From positions 5,957-69,956 of IMG/VR virus record IMGVR_UViG_3300028914_000075: 64,000 nt of DNA. The stretch is one strand, 5' to 3'. Numbering within the stretch: the first letter of the stretch is position 1; each line of letters starts with the position of its first letter. Shown one piece after another: positions 38,126-47,667 of this stretch. The translations under genes were made by a program, and so were the position numbers. The notes below the pieces were generated by a model that searched no databases, had not been told where the DNA came from, and saw nothing but the letters and a program-made list of their open reading frames with translations. Source of the stretch: a virus (lineage: Duplodnaviria; Caudoviricetes).

Positions 38126-38695
38126 ATGAAAACTTTCTCAAGAGATGATTTGATTGCAGAACTCGCTTCTAATCTTTCGGTTATGCCGGATGGTTATGGC
38201 ACGTGGAAAGTTCGCAGTTATGTGGGGTATAGCCGTAATCCTATGGCAAAGGATTCGTTTATTACACACGATGAAGCCGACAACATTGGTGAAATGGACG
38301 GCGAGAAATACAATCCGCAGGACTTTGATGATTGGTATTCTTGGCAGGATTGGAAAGCCCATGGATGGGATGAAGAACCCGACCCGAGCGATTCTGAGGT
38401 TCGCTCTTTGTTTGATGAATACTGCAACGCTACGTGGTCTGATTCTGCCAACTCGGATAACTATGAGCCAGATGAAGATAGGGTTTTGCGTCTTGCCGAG
38501 AAGATTGTGGATATGTGGGATAATGGTAATTATCCCGACGACGTGTTTGTAGGGGATAACGGCTACTATATCTTTGAGGACGAGGACGAACAGAACGTGT
38601 TTGATGATAACCTTGGCTATTACATTACTCAATTCAACAACGGGAAGTTTGACGAATTTAACACCGAAGTTGAACGAGTCCATGATGGCGAATAA
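38126..38695 (+). CDS. very acidic protein (possible DNA mimic)
   Basis: About 48 D/E versus about 14 K/R in 189 aa (hand count); aromatic-rich. Confidence 0.6.
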   Translation: MKTFSRDDLIAELASNLSVMPDGYGTWKVRSYVGYSRNPMAKDSFITHDEADNIGEMDGEKYNPQDFDDWYSWQDWKAHGWDEEPDPSDSEVRSLFDEYCNATWSDSANSDNYEPDEDRVLRLAEKIVDMWDNGNYPDDVFVGDNGYYIFEDEDEQNVFDDNLGYYITQFNNGKFDEFNTEVERVHDGE

Positions 38696-38714
38696 TAATT
38701 TGAGAGGTTGCATT

Positions 38715-39590
38715 ATGGCATCTATGCATAAGAAGATTGAAGCGTTCAAGAAGAACGAAAGCGATGGTTCCGTATGGGACGTATTCGATGACCTCGTGGA
38801 TGGGTTGAAGGACTACGGCCTGTCACAGCAGGAAGCAGAAAAGGCTGTAGAGGATTCCGGCATTTCTTTGAGTTCTGTTAAGGCCGATGCCGAGGTGAAG
38901 GGGTATCCTCGTGCTATTATGGGTGCTCTTGATGCAGTTTATACTGTTTATATGGATAAACAGGAAGAATCTAAGAAGAACGAGGCCGATAGCGTTAGTG
39001 CGGTTGATTTCTGGAATAATTATATCAAGGACCGCACCATAGAAATTCTTGAATCCTACGATGTAAATTCCGCACAGGGCGGTGATGCATGGGAAAATAT
39101 CGGTGACGGTGTTGAAGAACGCGAGACCCGTTGGGATATAGGTGCTCTTCAGAAATCGTGGGAAACTACGTTGGGCCGGGTAGTCGGACAGGGTGTAGAT
39201 GATGAAACCGTGAAGAAGGAATATGACCGTGCTTATGAAGCTGGTATTGAAAAATGGCGCTCCGAAAATGGAGACGATGCCCCGTTGGATACCGAAGAGT
39301 TCTATGACTTTATTGACAGCTATACGACTGACGACAGTTGCACGTTCTTTGCAGAAGTCCGCGTGGTCCTTGACGACCGTGGTCATCTTATGGCTTCGCT
39401 TGGGCGCAACTTTGACTATTCCTACGGAGCGGATAACAAGTTCGTATCCGATATGGATGTCAGCATGTCTTTGGCGGATGGTCAGTTTACGAAGGAGAAC
39501 GCTGACAAGTTCCTTGACGCTTTTGAGGATTGCTTGACATCGTATTCGTTCTCGTACGGTTACAAGGATTATACAATAGAAGCCGTGTAG
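38715..39590 (+). CDS. two-module cargo protein
   Basis: ATG 38715 after GAGAGG; leader MASMHKKIEAFKKNES; internal linker EESKKNEA (38967). Confidence 0.7.
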   Translation: MASMHKKIEAFKKNESDGSVWDVFDDLVDGLKDYGLSQQEAEKAVEDSGISLSSVKADAEVKGYPRAIMGALDAVYTVYMDKQEESKKNEADSVSAVDFWNNYIKDRTIEILESYDVNSAQGGDAWENIGDGVEERETRWDIGALQKSWETTLGRVVGQGVDDETVKKEYDRAYEAGIEKWRSENGDDAPLDTEEFYDFIDSYTTDDSCTFFAEVRVVLDDRGHLMASLGRNFDYSYGADNKFVSDMDVSMSLADGQFTKENADKFLDAFEDCLTSYSFSYGYKDYTIEAV

Positions 39591-39610
39591 TTCGGCAAAG
39601 GTAGGAAAAT

Positions 39611-40723
39611 ATGACCTATAAATGCTCTATGCAGAAGAAGATTGAAAGCGTTACGAAACGAAATGAATGGTATCGGGGCGAACATGCCGATATATTTGAC
39701 GATATCCGTAGGGACACGTCTAACTCATGGTACATAGGTGCTACACGTATGATGCCGAGAAAATCGGGTGCCGTTACAGGGGCTATTGAAGATGACGATT
39801 ATCGTGATAGATTTGTCATAAACTTTACAGTGGCTTGTGACAATTTCGATTTCGGCCAAAATTCCGAAGAGTTGAAGGAGTTGGCGGATACTTGCTTGTC
39901 TATGTCCATTACAGACCGCAGTCCCCGTATCAAGGGTGATATGCTTGTTACGGCTGTGCCACTAGGTAATCCTGTAGCTAAGGGAAACTCCTGGAATTAC
40001 GATGTCGAATTGAAATATAACGACACGCAAAAAGGAGAAACTAAAATGACGTGTTCAATGCAGAAGAAAAAGGAAAGCTTTAGGAACACCTCCGAAAAGC
40101 GTACCGTCACCAAGAGTTACGATGTATATACCTACGACGAACTTTCCGGCGAAGCCAAGGAAAAAGTGAAAAAGATGTTCCTTGATTGGCGTAGTGACGA
40201 CGGAATGTTCAAAGAGGATTGCGTGAGTGCCCTTAACGAATTGTTCCCTAATTCCGATTTGGACATTGAATATCAACTGTCCTATACGCAGGGTGACGGA
40301 TTCAACACATCGGGTACCCTAAAAGTGGATGACCTTCTTAATGTTGACTTGTCCTATTATCCTCTCAATAAGTCGGGCATCAATCCGCTTTCGGATAAGA
40401 AAGCTATCAAGGCTGCATGTGAGGATGCAGGTATTTCAGAAATTAAGCTGCCTGTAAACCGTAGGTATGGGTATTCTATGGCTGACAGCATAGAACTGGA
40501 AACGGACAGCGGCTATTCTGTGGCAGATTTGGAAAGCTTGCCCGAGTCTGAAGTAGCACTATTGAATGAACTTGAAGACTTTGCACGCAGCGTATTCAAG
40601 CATATCAATGGCACGTTCAAAGACAACGGTTATGATTATTTCTACGAGATGTCGGATGAAGAAGCATCTGAACAAGCCGACGCAAATGGTTATGAGTTCA
40701 CCGAAGATGGTGAGATTGCATAA
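39611..40723 (+). CDS. fused two-cassette cargo protein
   Basis: Leader MTYKCSMQKKIES; second leader MTCSMQKKKES at ATG 40046 with its own AAGGAG RBS. The second module (YTYDELSGEAKEK...QGDG...ANGYEFTEDG) is a widespread phage domain. Confidence 0.7.
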   Translation: MTYKCSMQKKIESVTKRNEWYRGEHADIFDDIRRDTSNSWYIGATRMMPRKSGAVTGAIEDDDYRDRFVINFTVACDNFDFGQNSEELKELADTCLSMSITDRSPRIKGDMLVTAVPLGNPVAKGNSWNYDVELKYNDTQKGETKMTCSMQKKKESFRNTSEKRTVTKSYDVYTYDELSGEAKEKVKKMFLDWRSDDGMFKEDCVSALNELFPNSDLDIEYQLSYTQGDGFNTSGTLKVDDLLNVDLSYYPLNKSGINPLSDKKAIKAACEDAGISEIKLPVNRRYGYSMADSIELETDSGYSVADLESLPESEVALLNELEDFARSVFKHINGTFKDNGYDYFYEMSDEEASEQADANGYEFTEDGEIA

Positions 40724-40735
40724 GGAGGTACTATT

Positions 40736-41137
40736 ATGAAAAAGTGTTCGATGCTGAAGAAGATTGAAAGTCTTAAAAAGAAGTCCGAGGCTGCTTCGGA
40801 TATCATTCGTGTGATTGCTGAAAACGTTATGCTTACCGTCAATGACGTGTATGTAGACGAACATGGAGGTTCCTTCTCGGTTGAAATTCCCGAAGAAGGC
40901 AAGTCCTACGATTTGCTTTATATGAAGGAAATGATTCGTGGCATGTGCGAAGATTGCACGGGTTACGCTGACTATTCCCGTGACGGCAGTGAACTTCTCA
41001 TAAAAGTTATGGCAGGCGAAATGGACGATAATGGCGAATGGACGGGTGACTATTACACGGCCTATTCGTTCCGTTGCACCGCACGTATTATGAAATCTTC
41101 CCTTGAAGGAATCATAGACTTCCTAGACGAAGAATAG
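40736..41137 (+). CDS. putative cargo protein
   Basis: Leader MKKCSMLKKIESLKKKSEA; AAGGAGG RBS. Confidence 0.7.
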   Translation: MKKCSMLKKIESLKKKSEAASDIIRVIAENVMLTVNDVYVDEHGGSFSVEIPEEGKSYDLLYMKEMIRGMCEDCTGYADYSRDGSELLIKVMAGEMDDNGEWTGDYYTAYSFRCTARIMKSSLEGIIDFLDEE

Positions 41138-41163
41138 TCCCGAATATGCCGAAATTATTAAGA

Positions 41164-41190
41164 GTGCCCCGATTGCTCGGGGCATTTTCT
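41164..41190 (+). terminator. rho-independent terminator
   Basis: TGCCCCGA-ttgc-TCGGGGCA followed by TTTTCT. Confidence 0.8.
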
Positions 41191-41480
41191 GTATGTCCAT
41201 TCTCTTTCACATAAATTAAATATAACAGGTTATCTAACTTATATAACAAATTACCTATAAAATATCACTAGGTATCTTGTTATATTTGACATTTTCTGAC
41301 ATTTTTATGCTGTCATGGTCGAAATGCCCGTGACTTTTTATTATATTCTCCAATTAAGAGGGAGGGCATTTCCCTGCCAATACTTGTATGACAAACATGC
41401 AGATTCCCTTATAGGAGGGCGGCTTTCGAAGAGACGCCTGCACTTACAAACAAACTAACCCTATCAAGGAGACCATTACT

Positions 41481-41969
41481 ATGGTTAATTTCCGTAAGAA
41501 ACTCCGCGAAGACGATTCCATCGTTGAAATTGGTGATGTCAAGCTTGACGCCAAGGAAACCGAAGTCGTGTTCGCCGATGAAGAAAAGGACATCCAGGTT
41601 GTCGTTTCCCCCGACCCGGAAAACGAAAACTCCGTGACTGTCGCAGTCCTCACCAACTCCAAGGAAGACGTGGAAGAAGAAGAAGTTCTTGGTTCCGCTT
41701 CTGTCGAAGGCAGTGAGGGCGAAGGCGCTGAAGAAGCTCGCAAGGCTGCCCGCCGTGAAGCTTTCCGCAAGCGTCTCGAATCCCGCGCCAAGGCTAAGAA
41801 TGCACCCGCCCGTAACGAGGCTCGTGTGTCCGAGTTCCGTAAGCGCCTTGAAGCACGCCGTGCCGAAAAGAAGGCAGAATCCAATAAGGGTGCTGCTTTT
41901 GCCGACCGTAAGAAGTCCATCGCTGAAGCACGTGCGAAGTTCCGTTCCAAAATTGGCAAGAAAGCCTAA
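41481..41969 (+). CDS. prohead scaffold/core-like protein
   Basis: Immediately upstream of the MCP with the same optimised codon usage; acidic N-half, basic C-half with repeated FRKRLE(S/A)R. Confidence 0.6.
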   Translation: MVNFRKKLREDDSIVEIGDVKLDAKETEVVFADEEKDIQVVVSPDPENENSVTVAVLTNSKEDVEEEEVLGSASVEGSEGEGAEEARKAARREAFRKRLESRAKAKNAPARNEARVSEFRKRLEARRAEKKAESNKGAAFADRKKSIAEARAKFRSKIGKKA

Positions 41970-41986
41970 CCCAAGGAGGAGTCAAC

Positions 41987-43627
41987 ATGAAGACTTCCGT
42001 TGAAGAAATGTCTAACCAGAAGTACAACCGCCTCGTGGAAAGCTACGAAGCGCGTTACAGCAAGCAGTTCGAAGCTCTTGCTAAGTCCCCGTCGTTCAAG
42101 GGCACCCTGTCCAAGAATGCCATGTATAACCTCGGTATGCAGATGGACAACTACAAGCGTTACGAGTCCTACGTGAACGAAAACTCCTCGGCTTCCAGCC
42201 TCGGTGTTCTCCCGCGTGTCGCTCTTGACCTTATCTCTGCTACCTATGCCCTTTCCATTGCTCCGCAGTTGGCAAGCGTGCAGACCCTCGAAGAATCCCA
42301 GGGTCTTATCTACTTCAAGAAGACCTTCACCCACGGCTATCCGCTGACGGCTCAGAACGGCCTCCCGACTCTCCCGGAAGACCGTTGGATGGATGCCGAT
42401 GGCAAGCTTGACGGTGAATCCACCTTTGCAGGCGCTTGGAAGAAGTGGTACGATTCTCGTCCGCGTCCGGCTACCGATGGCACCACGCCTCTCAGCCCGG
42501 ATACCCTCGCAGCCAAGAACTTTGACGCTATCACTTTCAACGCTCTCAAGGGCTGGCAGGCTTCCCCGACTAGCTACATGAGCGAACGTCAGTTCGTCAT
42601 CGCTGCCGATGGTTCTGCCCGTATCAAGTACGGTATCGGCAATCTCCGTTGGAACGTTCCGATTAACGTCCGTCTCGTTGACGCTAGCGGCAATGTTGAA
42701 GATTCCGTCGGTGTCTGCGCTGGTCCGGGTCAGTTGCCGACCTTCTACGGCAAGGTTGCCGTGACCGCTGCACAGGACGGTGCGGATATCGTCCTCACCA
42801 TCCCGCAGGGATACCAGGGTGGCGTGACCTATGACGTGGACTTCGAAAAGGCCCCGGATGTCCCGGCCATCGAATACAGCCTTGACAGCAAGATTGTCTC
42901 CGCTGAAATCATCGGCTTGAAGGAAAACCTTGGCACGTTCAAGTCCTTCCAGTTCAATAAGCGTTTCGGCAAGGCTGCTTCCGATGAAGTTCTCGCCGAC
43001 CTCACAGGCCACATGGCCATGGCTGAATCCGAAAAGATTCTCAACGCTTACAGAATGAGCGCTAACAAGTGGAAGCCGATTACTTGGAACCTCAACAAGA
43101 CTGCGGGTATCAGCGAGTTCGAACACCGTCAGTCCTTCCTCTATGCTATCCAGGCTGCTTCTGCTGCTATCGGTAGCCGTGCAGGTAAAGGTCATGCCAA
43201 CAAGCTCGTTGCTGGCTATGTCGCTGCACAGTACATTGCATCCCTCCCTGGATTCCGTCTTGCACCGCAGACGAACCTTGTCGGTCCGCACGTGTACGGT
43301 ACCCTCGAAAACGAAGGTATCACGGTTATCCGTAGCAATGCCGTCGTCGCCCCGAACGAAGTTATCGCCGCTTACAGCAGCGACAACAGCCCGTTCGAAG
43401 CCCCGGTTGTGTGTGCAACGTATATGCCTGTCTTCTTGACGGACACCATGCCTGTTGCAGACAATCCGTTCCAGACTCAGCGTGCTATCGCTTCTTGGAA
43501 GGCTATCGAACCTGTCGTTTCCGAATTTGTCCAGCGTATCATCATTACGAAGGATGCGGAAGCCCCGGCAGATGTCAATGTCTTCCTTACTACCACCCCG
43601 AACGGTGGCAGTGGAAGCAATGGCTAA
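41987..43627 (+). CDS. gp23: major capsid protein (T4 gp23-like)
   Basis: ALSIAPQLASVQTL...GLIYF, EIIGLKENL, ANKLVAG, GPHVYGTL, APVVCATYMPV...NPFQTQRA motifs; strong RBS; highly biased codons. Confidence 0.93.
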   Translation: MKTSVEEMSNQKYNRLVESYEARYSKQFEALAKSPSFKGTLSKNAMYNLGMQMDNYKRYESYVNENSSASSLGVLPRVALDLISATYALSIAPQLASVQTLEESQGLIYFKKTFTHGYPLTAQNGLPTLPEDRWMDADGKLDGESTFAGAWKKWYDSRPRPATDGTTPLSPDTLAAKNFDAITFNALKGWQASPTSYMSERQFVIAADGSARIKYGIGNLRWNVPINVRLVDASGNVEDSVGVCAGPGQLPTFYGKVAVTAAQDGADIVLTIPQGYQGGVTYDVDFEKAPDVPAIEYSLDSKIVSAEIIGLKENLGTFKSFQFNKRFGKAASDEVLADLTGHMAMAESEKILNAYRMSANKWKPITWNLNKTAGISEFEHRQSFLYAIQAASAAIGSRAGKGHANKLVAGYVAAQYIASLPGFRLAPQTNLVGPHVYGTLENEGITVIRSNAVVAPNEVIAAYSSDNSPFEAPVVCATYMPVFLTDTMPVADNPFQTQRAIASWKAIEPVVSEFVQRIIITKDAEAPADVNVFLTTTPNGGSGSNG

Positions 43628-43654
43628 TTGTTGCCTGTAGGCTAAGACCTATGA

Positions 43655-43688
43655 GTGCCCCCGTCGCAAGGCGGGAGCACTTTTTTTG
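43655..43688 (+). terminator. rho-independent terminator after MCP
   Basis: GTGC-CC-CCGTC-GCAA-GGCGG-GA-GCAC followed by T8. Confidence 0.85.
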
Positions 43689-43758
43689 TACGTGCATGTA
43701 ATTGTTCCGTACATTTTTTATTATTTTTATTTCTGTATTAACCGTAAGGAGCGCTTCT

Positions 43759-43893
43759 ATGTCCGAAGATGAAAAGCCCGAATCCTATTCCTATAACGCC
43801 TATATCTTGGCTATGTATGCCGACGCTGAACTGCGTGACGAGTCATTGTGGACAGGCAACTTTACGGGCGATGTCCTCCCGTATGTCGTATAA
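43759..43893 (+). CDS. 44-aa acidic peptide
   Basis: AAGGAG RBS; MSEDEKPESYSYNAYILAMYADAELRDESLWTG. Confidence 0.55.
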   Translation: MSEDEKPESYSYNAYILAMYADAELRDESLWTGNFTGDVLPYVV

Positions 43894-43920
43894 CAAGGTT
43901 TTTCAACAAAAGGTATAGGT

Positions 43921-45873
43921 ATGGCTATGAACAAATTAAATTCACCCGATGGGGATAAAGGAAATACTATGAGAAACGAACGTAGAAGCACTGACGATTA
44001 CTTGCAGGAAGTCTATGACAGCCTCGTGGCTGTATGGGACAAGAACAAGTTCGATATGTCCAAGGGTTATGACGATGAATACGAATGCGAGTGCATCAAG
44101 ATTACTTACAAGGACAATGATGGAGTCTATGCGAAGATTTATGTGGACGACTATGAGGGAAAGCACCCTGTAGCCTTTGATGTCGTGTATCGCTATCCTG
44201 GCGACAAGGGAGTAGGTATCAAGGGTACTTATGAATTTCAGAGTACGGACTTTGACGAAACTGCTCCAGAGATTTTCGATTACTTTGACGAAGTGGCCAA
44301 GAAGGCAAGTGAAAGTCTAGAACCGCATATAGACTTGGACAAGCGTGGCGATGCGGAATTGTGCGAGGACGACCCGATTAAGCTTCGTAGGGATATCAAT
44401 TCCCGTGGATATTTTGTGGACGACAAGGGCTTCTACAATGTCTACGTGGGCGCATCCTTTAAGGGGAAGTTCGCATCTGTGGAAGACGCTGCCGAAGTTG
44501 GTTATACCCTGGTGGAGTCCAAGAAGTGTGAAGCTACCGATGAACAAGTCAGCAGAGCACAGGCTTTGTTGGACTCTATGGACCCCGACCAGTCATTCTC
44601 TTATTACGATGAATACGGTGATTATATTAAAGGGGTTCCGCATAGAACTATTTTGTTTGAAGCTCCTACAGAGGGTGGAAAGTTATTGACCTTCGGTGTT
44701 GAGTTTATTGACAATACATTGAGCAGCATTTATGTTTGCGATGAAGATGGCGAATGGTTTGACGAAGGTACTGATTTTGAGGATATTAAGAAAGACCCCG
44801 AAGGTTGGTACAATGCTGTGATGCGTAAGGTTCCCGAAGATAAGAAGACGGAAGGTCTTGGTACGAATATAAAGAATGCACAACCGAAGGTCTATCTTGT
44901 AAGTGAAGTTGCGGAAAAAGATTTGTATGATAGCTACGATGATATTCTTGACGTGCTTGAAGGTACACAGAGCTTCGTTTCAGTGGAAACGGCAGAAGGT
45001 CATGAAGAATTACCTTTAGGGTATGACCGTGACAAGAACGTTCTGCTTATTTATGATGATGACGCCTTGACGGATGACGTTGTAGATACGGCTAAGATGC
45101 TTGTGATGAATTTTATTACAGGACAATCTGCTGTCAGTGAAAAGCCGCTTACAGATGATTACGTATGTATCGTGGATGGTATGTATTATACGACTACTTA
45201 TTATGTGCCAGAATCCAAGAAGTCCGAAGATACAAAAGTAGGCAAGTTCACAATTATGCCGAAAGATACATCTAGGAAACAAGCGGGTATTAGGGCATAC
45301 CAAACTCGTTTGGGTGAAATGGGCTTTAAGTCTAATCTTCACAACAATGGCGATTATATACACGATTATGTCAAGGAAATCGGCAAGATTCCTGGTGCTA
45401 CTGTTTATGTTGGAACGATTGACAATTTCCAAAAGAATACCCAAGAATATCAGTATGAAGCCGAACTTTATATGGAAAACGAAAAAGGTATTCGGAGTAA
45501 CATTGAATATATGCCGTTTGCCATAACCGATATTTCGGATGGAATGCAGCGTAAGATGTATTTCAATCGTCTTAATGCCCTTATTAAAAAAGGCACGGAC
45601 TTTGTGAACAATTATGAATCTAGTGAATCCTGCAAGAAGTCCGAAAGTCTCACTTTGAAGCAGAAGGAACTCAAGGACATGGTGCGTTACGGTGAAGCCG
45701 AAGACATCACTACCATTTCTAATGAAGAAGCTAAAGAACTACGCAAAAAGGGTGTTGAAACCGTGGGAATCAGCCGTGGTACTTACGGTATGAACGGTGC
45801 ACTGCTCCGTGACAAGGATGGCAATAAGTATGTCATCACCGCCCGCAGTTCCAATCTTTTTTACTTTGTATAA
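43921..45873 (+). CDS. multi-module polyprotein-like cargo (about 6 modules)
   Basis: Unrelated domains separated by KASES, ESKKCEA (44515), EDKKTEG (44836), ESKKSED (45211), ESCKKSES (45625); alternative start ATG 43969. Confidence 0.75.
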   Translation: MAMNKLNSPDGDKGNTMRNERRSTDDYLQEVYDSLVAVWDKNKFDMSKGYDDEYECECIKITYKDNDGVYAKIYVDDYEGKHPVAFDVVYRYPGDKGVGIKGTYEFQSTDFDETAPEIFDYFDEVAKKASESLEPHIDLDKRGDAELCEDDPIKLRRDINSRGYFVDDKGFYNVYVGASFKGKFASVEDAAEVGYTLVESKKCEATDEQVSRAQALLDSMDPDQSFSYYDEYGDYIKGVPHRTILFEAPTEGGKLLTFGVEFIDNTLSSIYVCDEDGEWFDEGTDFEDIKKDPEGWYNAVMRKVPEDKKTEGLGTNIKNAQPKVYLVSEVAEKDLYDSYDDILDVLEGTQSFVSVETAEGHEELPLGYDRDKNVLLIYDDDALTDDVVDTAKMLVMNFITGQSAVSEKPLTDDYVCIVDGMYYTTTYYVPESKKSEDTKVGKFTIMPKDTSRKQAGIRAYQTRLGEMGFKSNLHNNGDYIHDYVKEIGKIPGATVYVGTIDNFQKNTQEYQYEAELYMENEKGIRSNIEYMPFAITDISDGMQRKMYFNRLNALIKKGTDFVNNYESSESCKKSESLTLKQKELKDMVRYGEAEDITTISNEEAKELRKKGVETVGISRGTYGMNGALLRDKDGNKYVITARSSNLFYFV

Positions 45874-45888
45874 AGAGGAAATACCTAT

Positions 45889-47313
45889 ATGAACAAGAGT
45901 TCCATGCAGAAACGAATCGAATCATTCAAGCAGTCCGAAGCAGCTGGAAACAGCGTTTCCAACTTCAGAAGGGATAGCCTCGGTGTTTCCTTCGACGGTA
46001 AGTTCGGCACTATGCGCAAGGCCGAAGATTGGGTAATCTACCCGACGAAGGCCGATGACAAGACTTTTGACATACAGAGCGACAAGCGCTGGGCAACCAT
46101 CGACAAGGATACAGGAGAGATGTGGCTTTCCGCCCCGCATAGCTTTGCCAACAATTACGTTCTTGCCATGGACAAGCGTTCCGGGAAGGCACAGCACATT
46201 ACTTTGGAACCCGAAGTTCTGAAGCAGTTCCTTGACGCTATTGGCGACCGTCGTATTATGGACCATAGCCTTGACAAGATTGCCGTTAGTTCGGACGTGA
46301 CCGATGCGGAACTTCGTGGGGAATCCGTGAAGAACGAAGCCCGCTACTTCGCAACTGCGGATTGGTGGAAACGCTTCCAGGACGACTACAACGATATGTA
46401 TGACGGCATGGGCTTCGAGTTCAAGTTTGACGGACCGAACAATAAGGCGGATATCTATTCCAACGGGAAGATGCTCGGCTCGATTTCATGGAAGGGTAAG
46501 TATAAGCTGCTCGATGAAGACGGGAAGTGGCTCTACAGGAGCAATGCTCCCGAATTTAGGGATTTCATCTATAACTTGGTCAAGTATCATGGTGACGACA
46601 TGAACAAGCACTACAATGGTACTGTAGCCAAGCGTAGCTGGGAAGACTATGATGCGGATTCTGCCTATTCTAAAGTCAGCGGACCTGTGGCGGATGCCTA
46701 CAAGCTGCTTGACGGCTATTTTTGCGATGACAAGGGTGCCTTGACAAAGGATGCACTTGATAAGGTATATCTGACTTATAGGAACGAACGTGACCTTTAC
46801 GACCGTAGTAAGATGAAATCCGTGCAGTCGCATTCTCTTGCGTGGGATGCGTTACTTCGCGAAATCAATGCTACCCTCGAATGGGACGACGAATATCCGC
46901 ATGCTACTAAGCTGTCTCCTATGCAAGTGAAGACTTGGTTTAAGCTCAAGAATCGTGATTTCAAGGAAGACCTCAAGCCGTTGGTTGGCGCTATAGATGC
47001 TTATCGTAGCAAGGGAGAATCCAAGAAGTCCGAAGCAGCAGAGTCCGATTTTATTAAGGATTTCCGTGCCTATATGGCCACAATGGTTGGTGAATCCTAC
47101 GACGAACAAGACCTTATCGGTTGGGGATGGGAATGGAAGTCTGAAGAAGACGAATACGTTGATGGCGAAAAGACTTGTGTTGCAACTTATACTATGACAG
47201 ACGACGGTGTTCCGTACAAGTTGGTTGTAAAGTGGAATAGTTTTATGGAAACTATTAACGGATACGATTTGTGGCAGGAACAGCCTAGTGAATCCAAGAA
47301 GTCCGAAGCCTAA
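45889..47313 (+). CDS. multi-module polyprotein-like cargo (3 modules)
   Basis: Leader MNKSSMQKRIESFKQSEA; linkers ESVKNEA (46321), ESKKSEA (47017), terminal ESKKSEA (47290). Confidence 0.8.
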   Translation: MNKSSMQKRIESFKQSEAAGNSVSNFRRDSLGVSFDGKFGTMRKAEDWVIYPTKADDKTFDIQSDKRWATIDKDTGEMWLSAPHSFANNYVLAMDKRSGKAQHITLEPEVLKQFLDAIGDRRIMDHSLDKIAVSSDVTDAELRGESVKNEARYFATADWWKRFQDDYNDMYDGMGFEFKFDGPNNKADIYSNGKMLGSISWKGKYKLLDEDGKWLYRSNAPEFRDFIYNLVKYHGDDMNKHYNGTVAKRSWEDYDADSAYSKVSGPVADAYKLLDGYFCDDKGALTKDALDKVYLTYRNERDLYDRSKMKSVQSHSLAWDALLREINATLEWDDEYPHATKLSPMQVKTWFKLKNRDFKEDLKPLVGAIDAYRSKGESKKSEAAESDFIKDFRAYMATMVGESYDEQDLIGWGWEWKSEEDEYVDGEKTCVATYTMTDDGVPYKLVVKWNSFMETINGYDLWQEQPSESKKSEA

Positions 47314-47325
47314 GGCGACAAGGAA

Positions 47326-47646
47326 GTGTTCACCATTGACCTGTATCGCATTGATGCCGACGGGGAAGAAGAAGGCTTGGACGACATGGCCGCATCCAAA
47401 ATCTACTACTCCGATGAAGACGCTATCAAGGATGCACAGGGCATTGTCGATGGCTACAAGGACGATGCTGGTGTAGTGTTTGCGGTAGTCATGGGCGGTG
47501 AAGTTGAAAAGCCTAGCGGAGACATTGTAGGCAACCCTATTGATATCTATTGGGCATCGTCTAGCGACAAGGCTACGACTTCCGATTTCCGTGAAAAGGC
47601 TAGATATGCAGCGTATGACAATGCCATGGATTATTACGCAAAATAA
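47326..47646 (+). CDS. acidic module in frame with the upstream polyprotein
   Basis: Same frame as 45889-47313, separated by one TAA; weak independent start. Confidence 0.55.
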   Translation: MFTIDLYRIDADGEEEGLDDMAASKIYYSDEDAIKDAQGIVDGYKDDAGVVFAVVMGGEVEKPSGDIVGNPIDIYWASSSDKATTSDFREKARYAAYDNAMDYYAK

Positions 47647-47667
47647 GTTTCAAACAGGAGAAAACAG

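Noticed and set aside
41966-43291. 441-aa minus-strand ORF antisense to the capsid gene (also 57991-59094, 54286-55101 and many others)
   Set aside because: Shadow ORFs caused by strong codon bias in the sense genes; no RBS, promoter or protein motifs.
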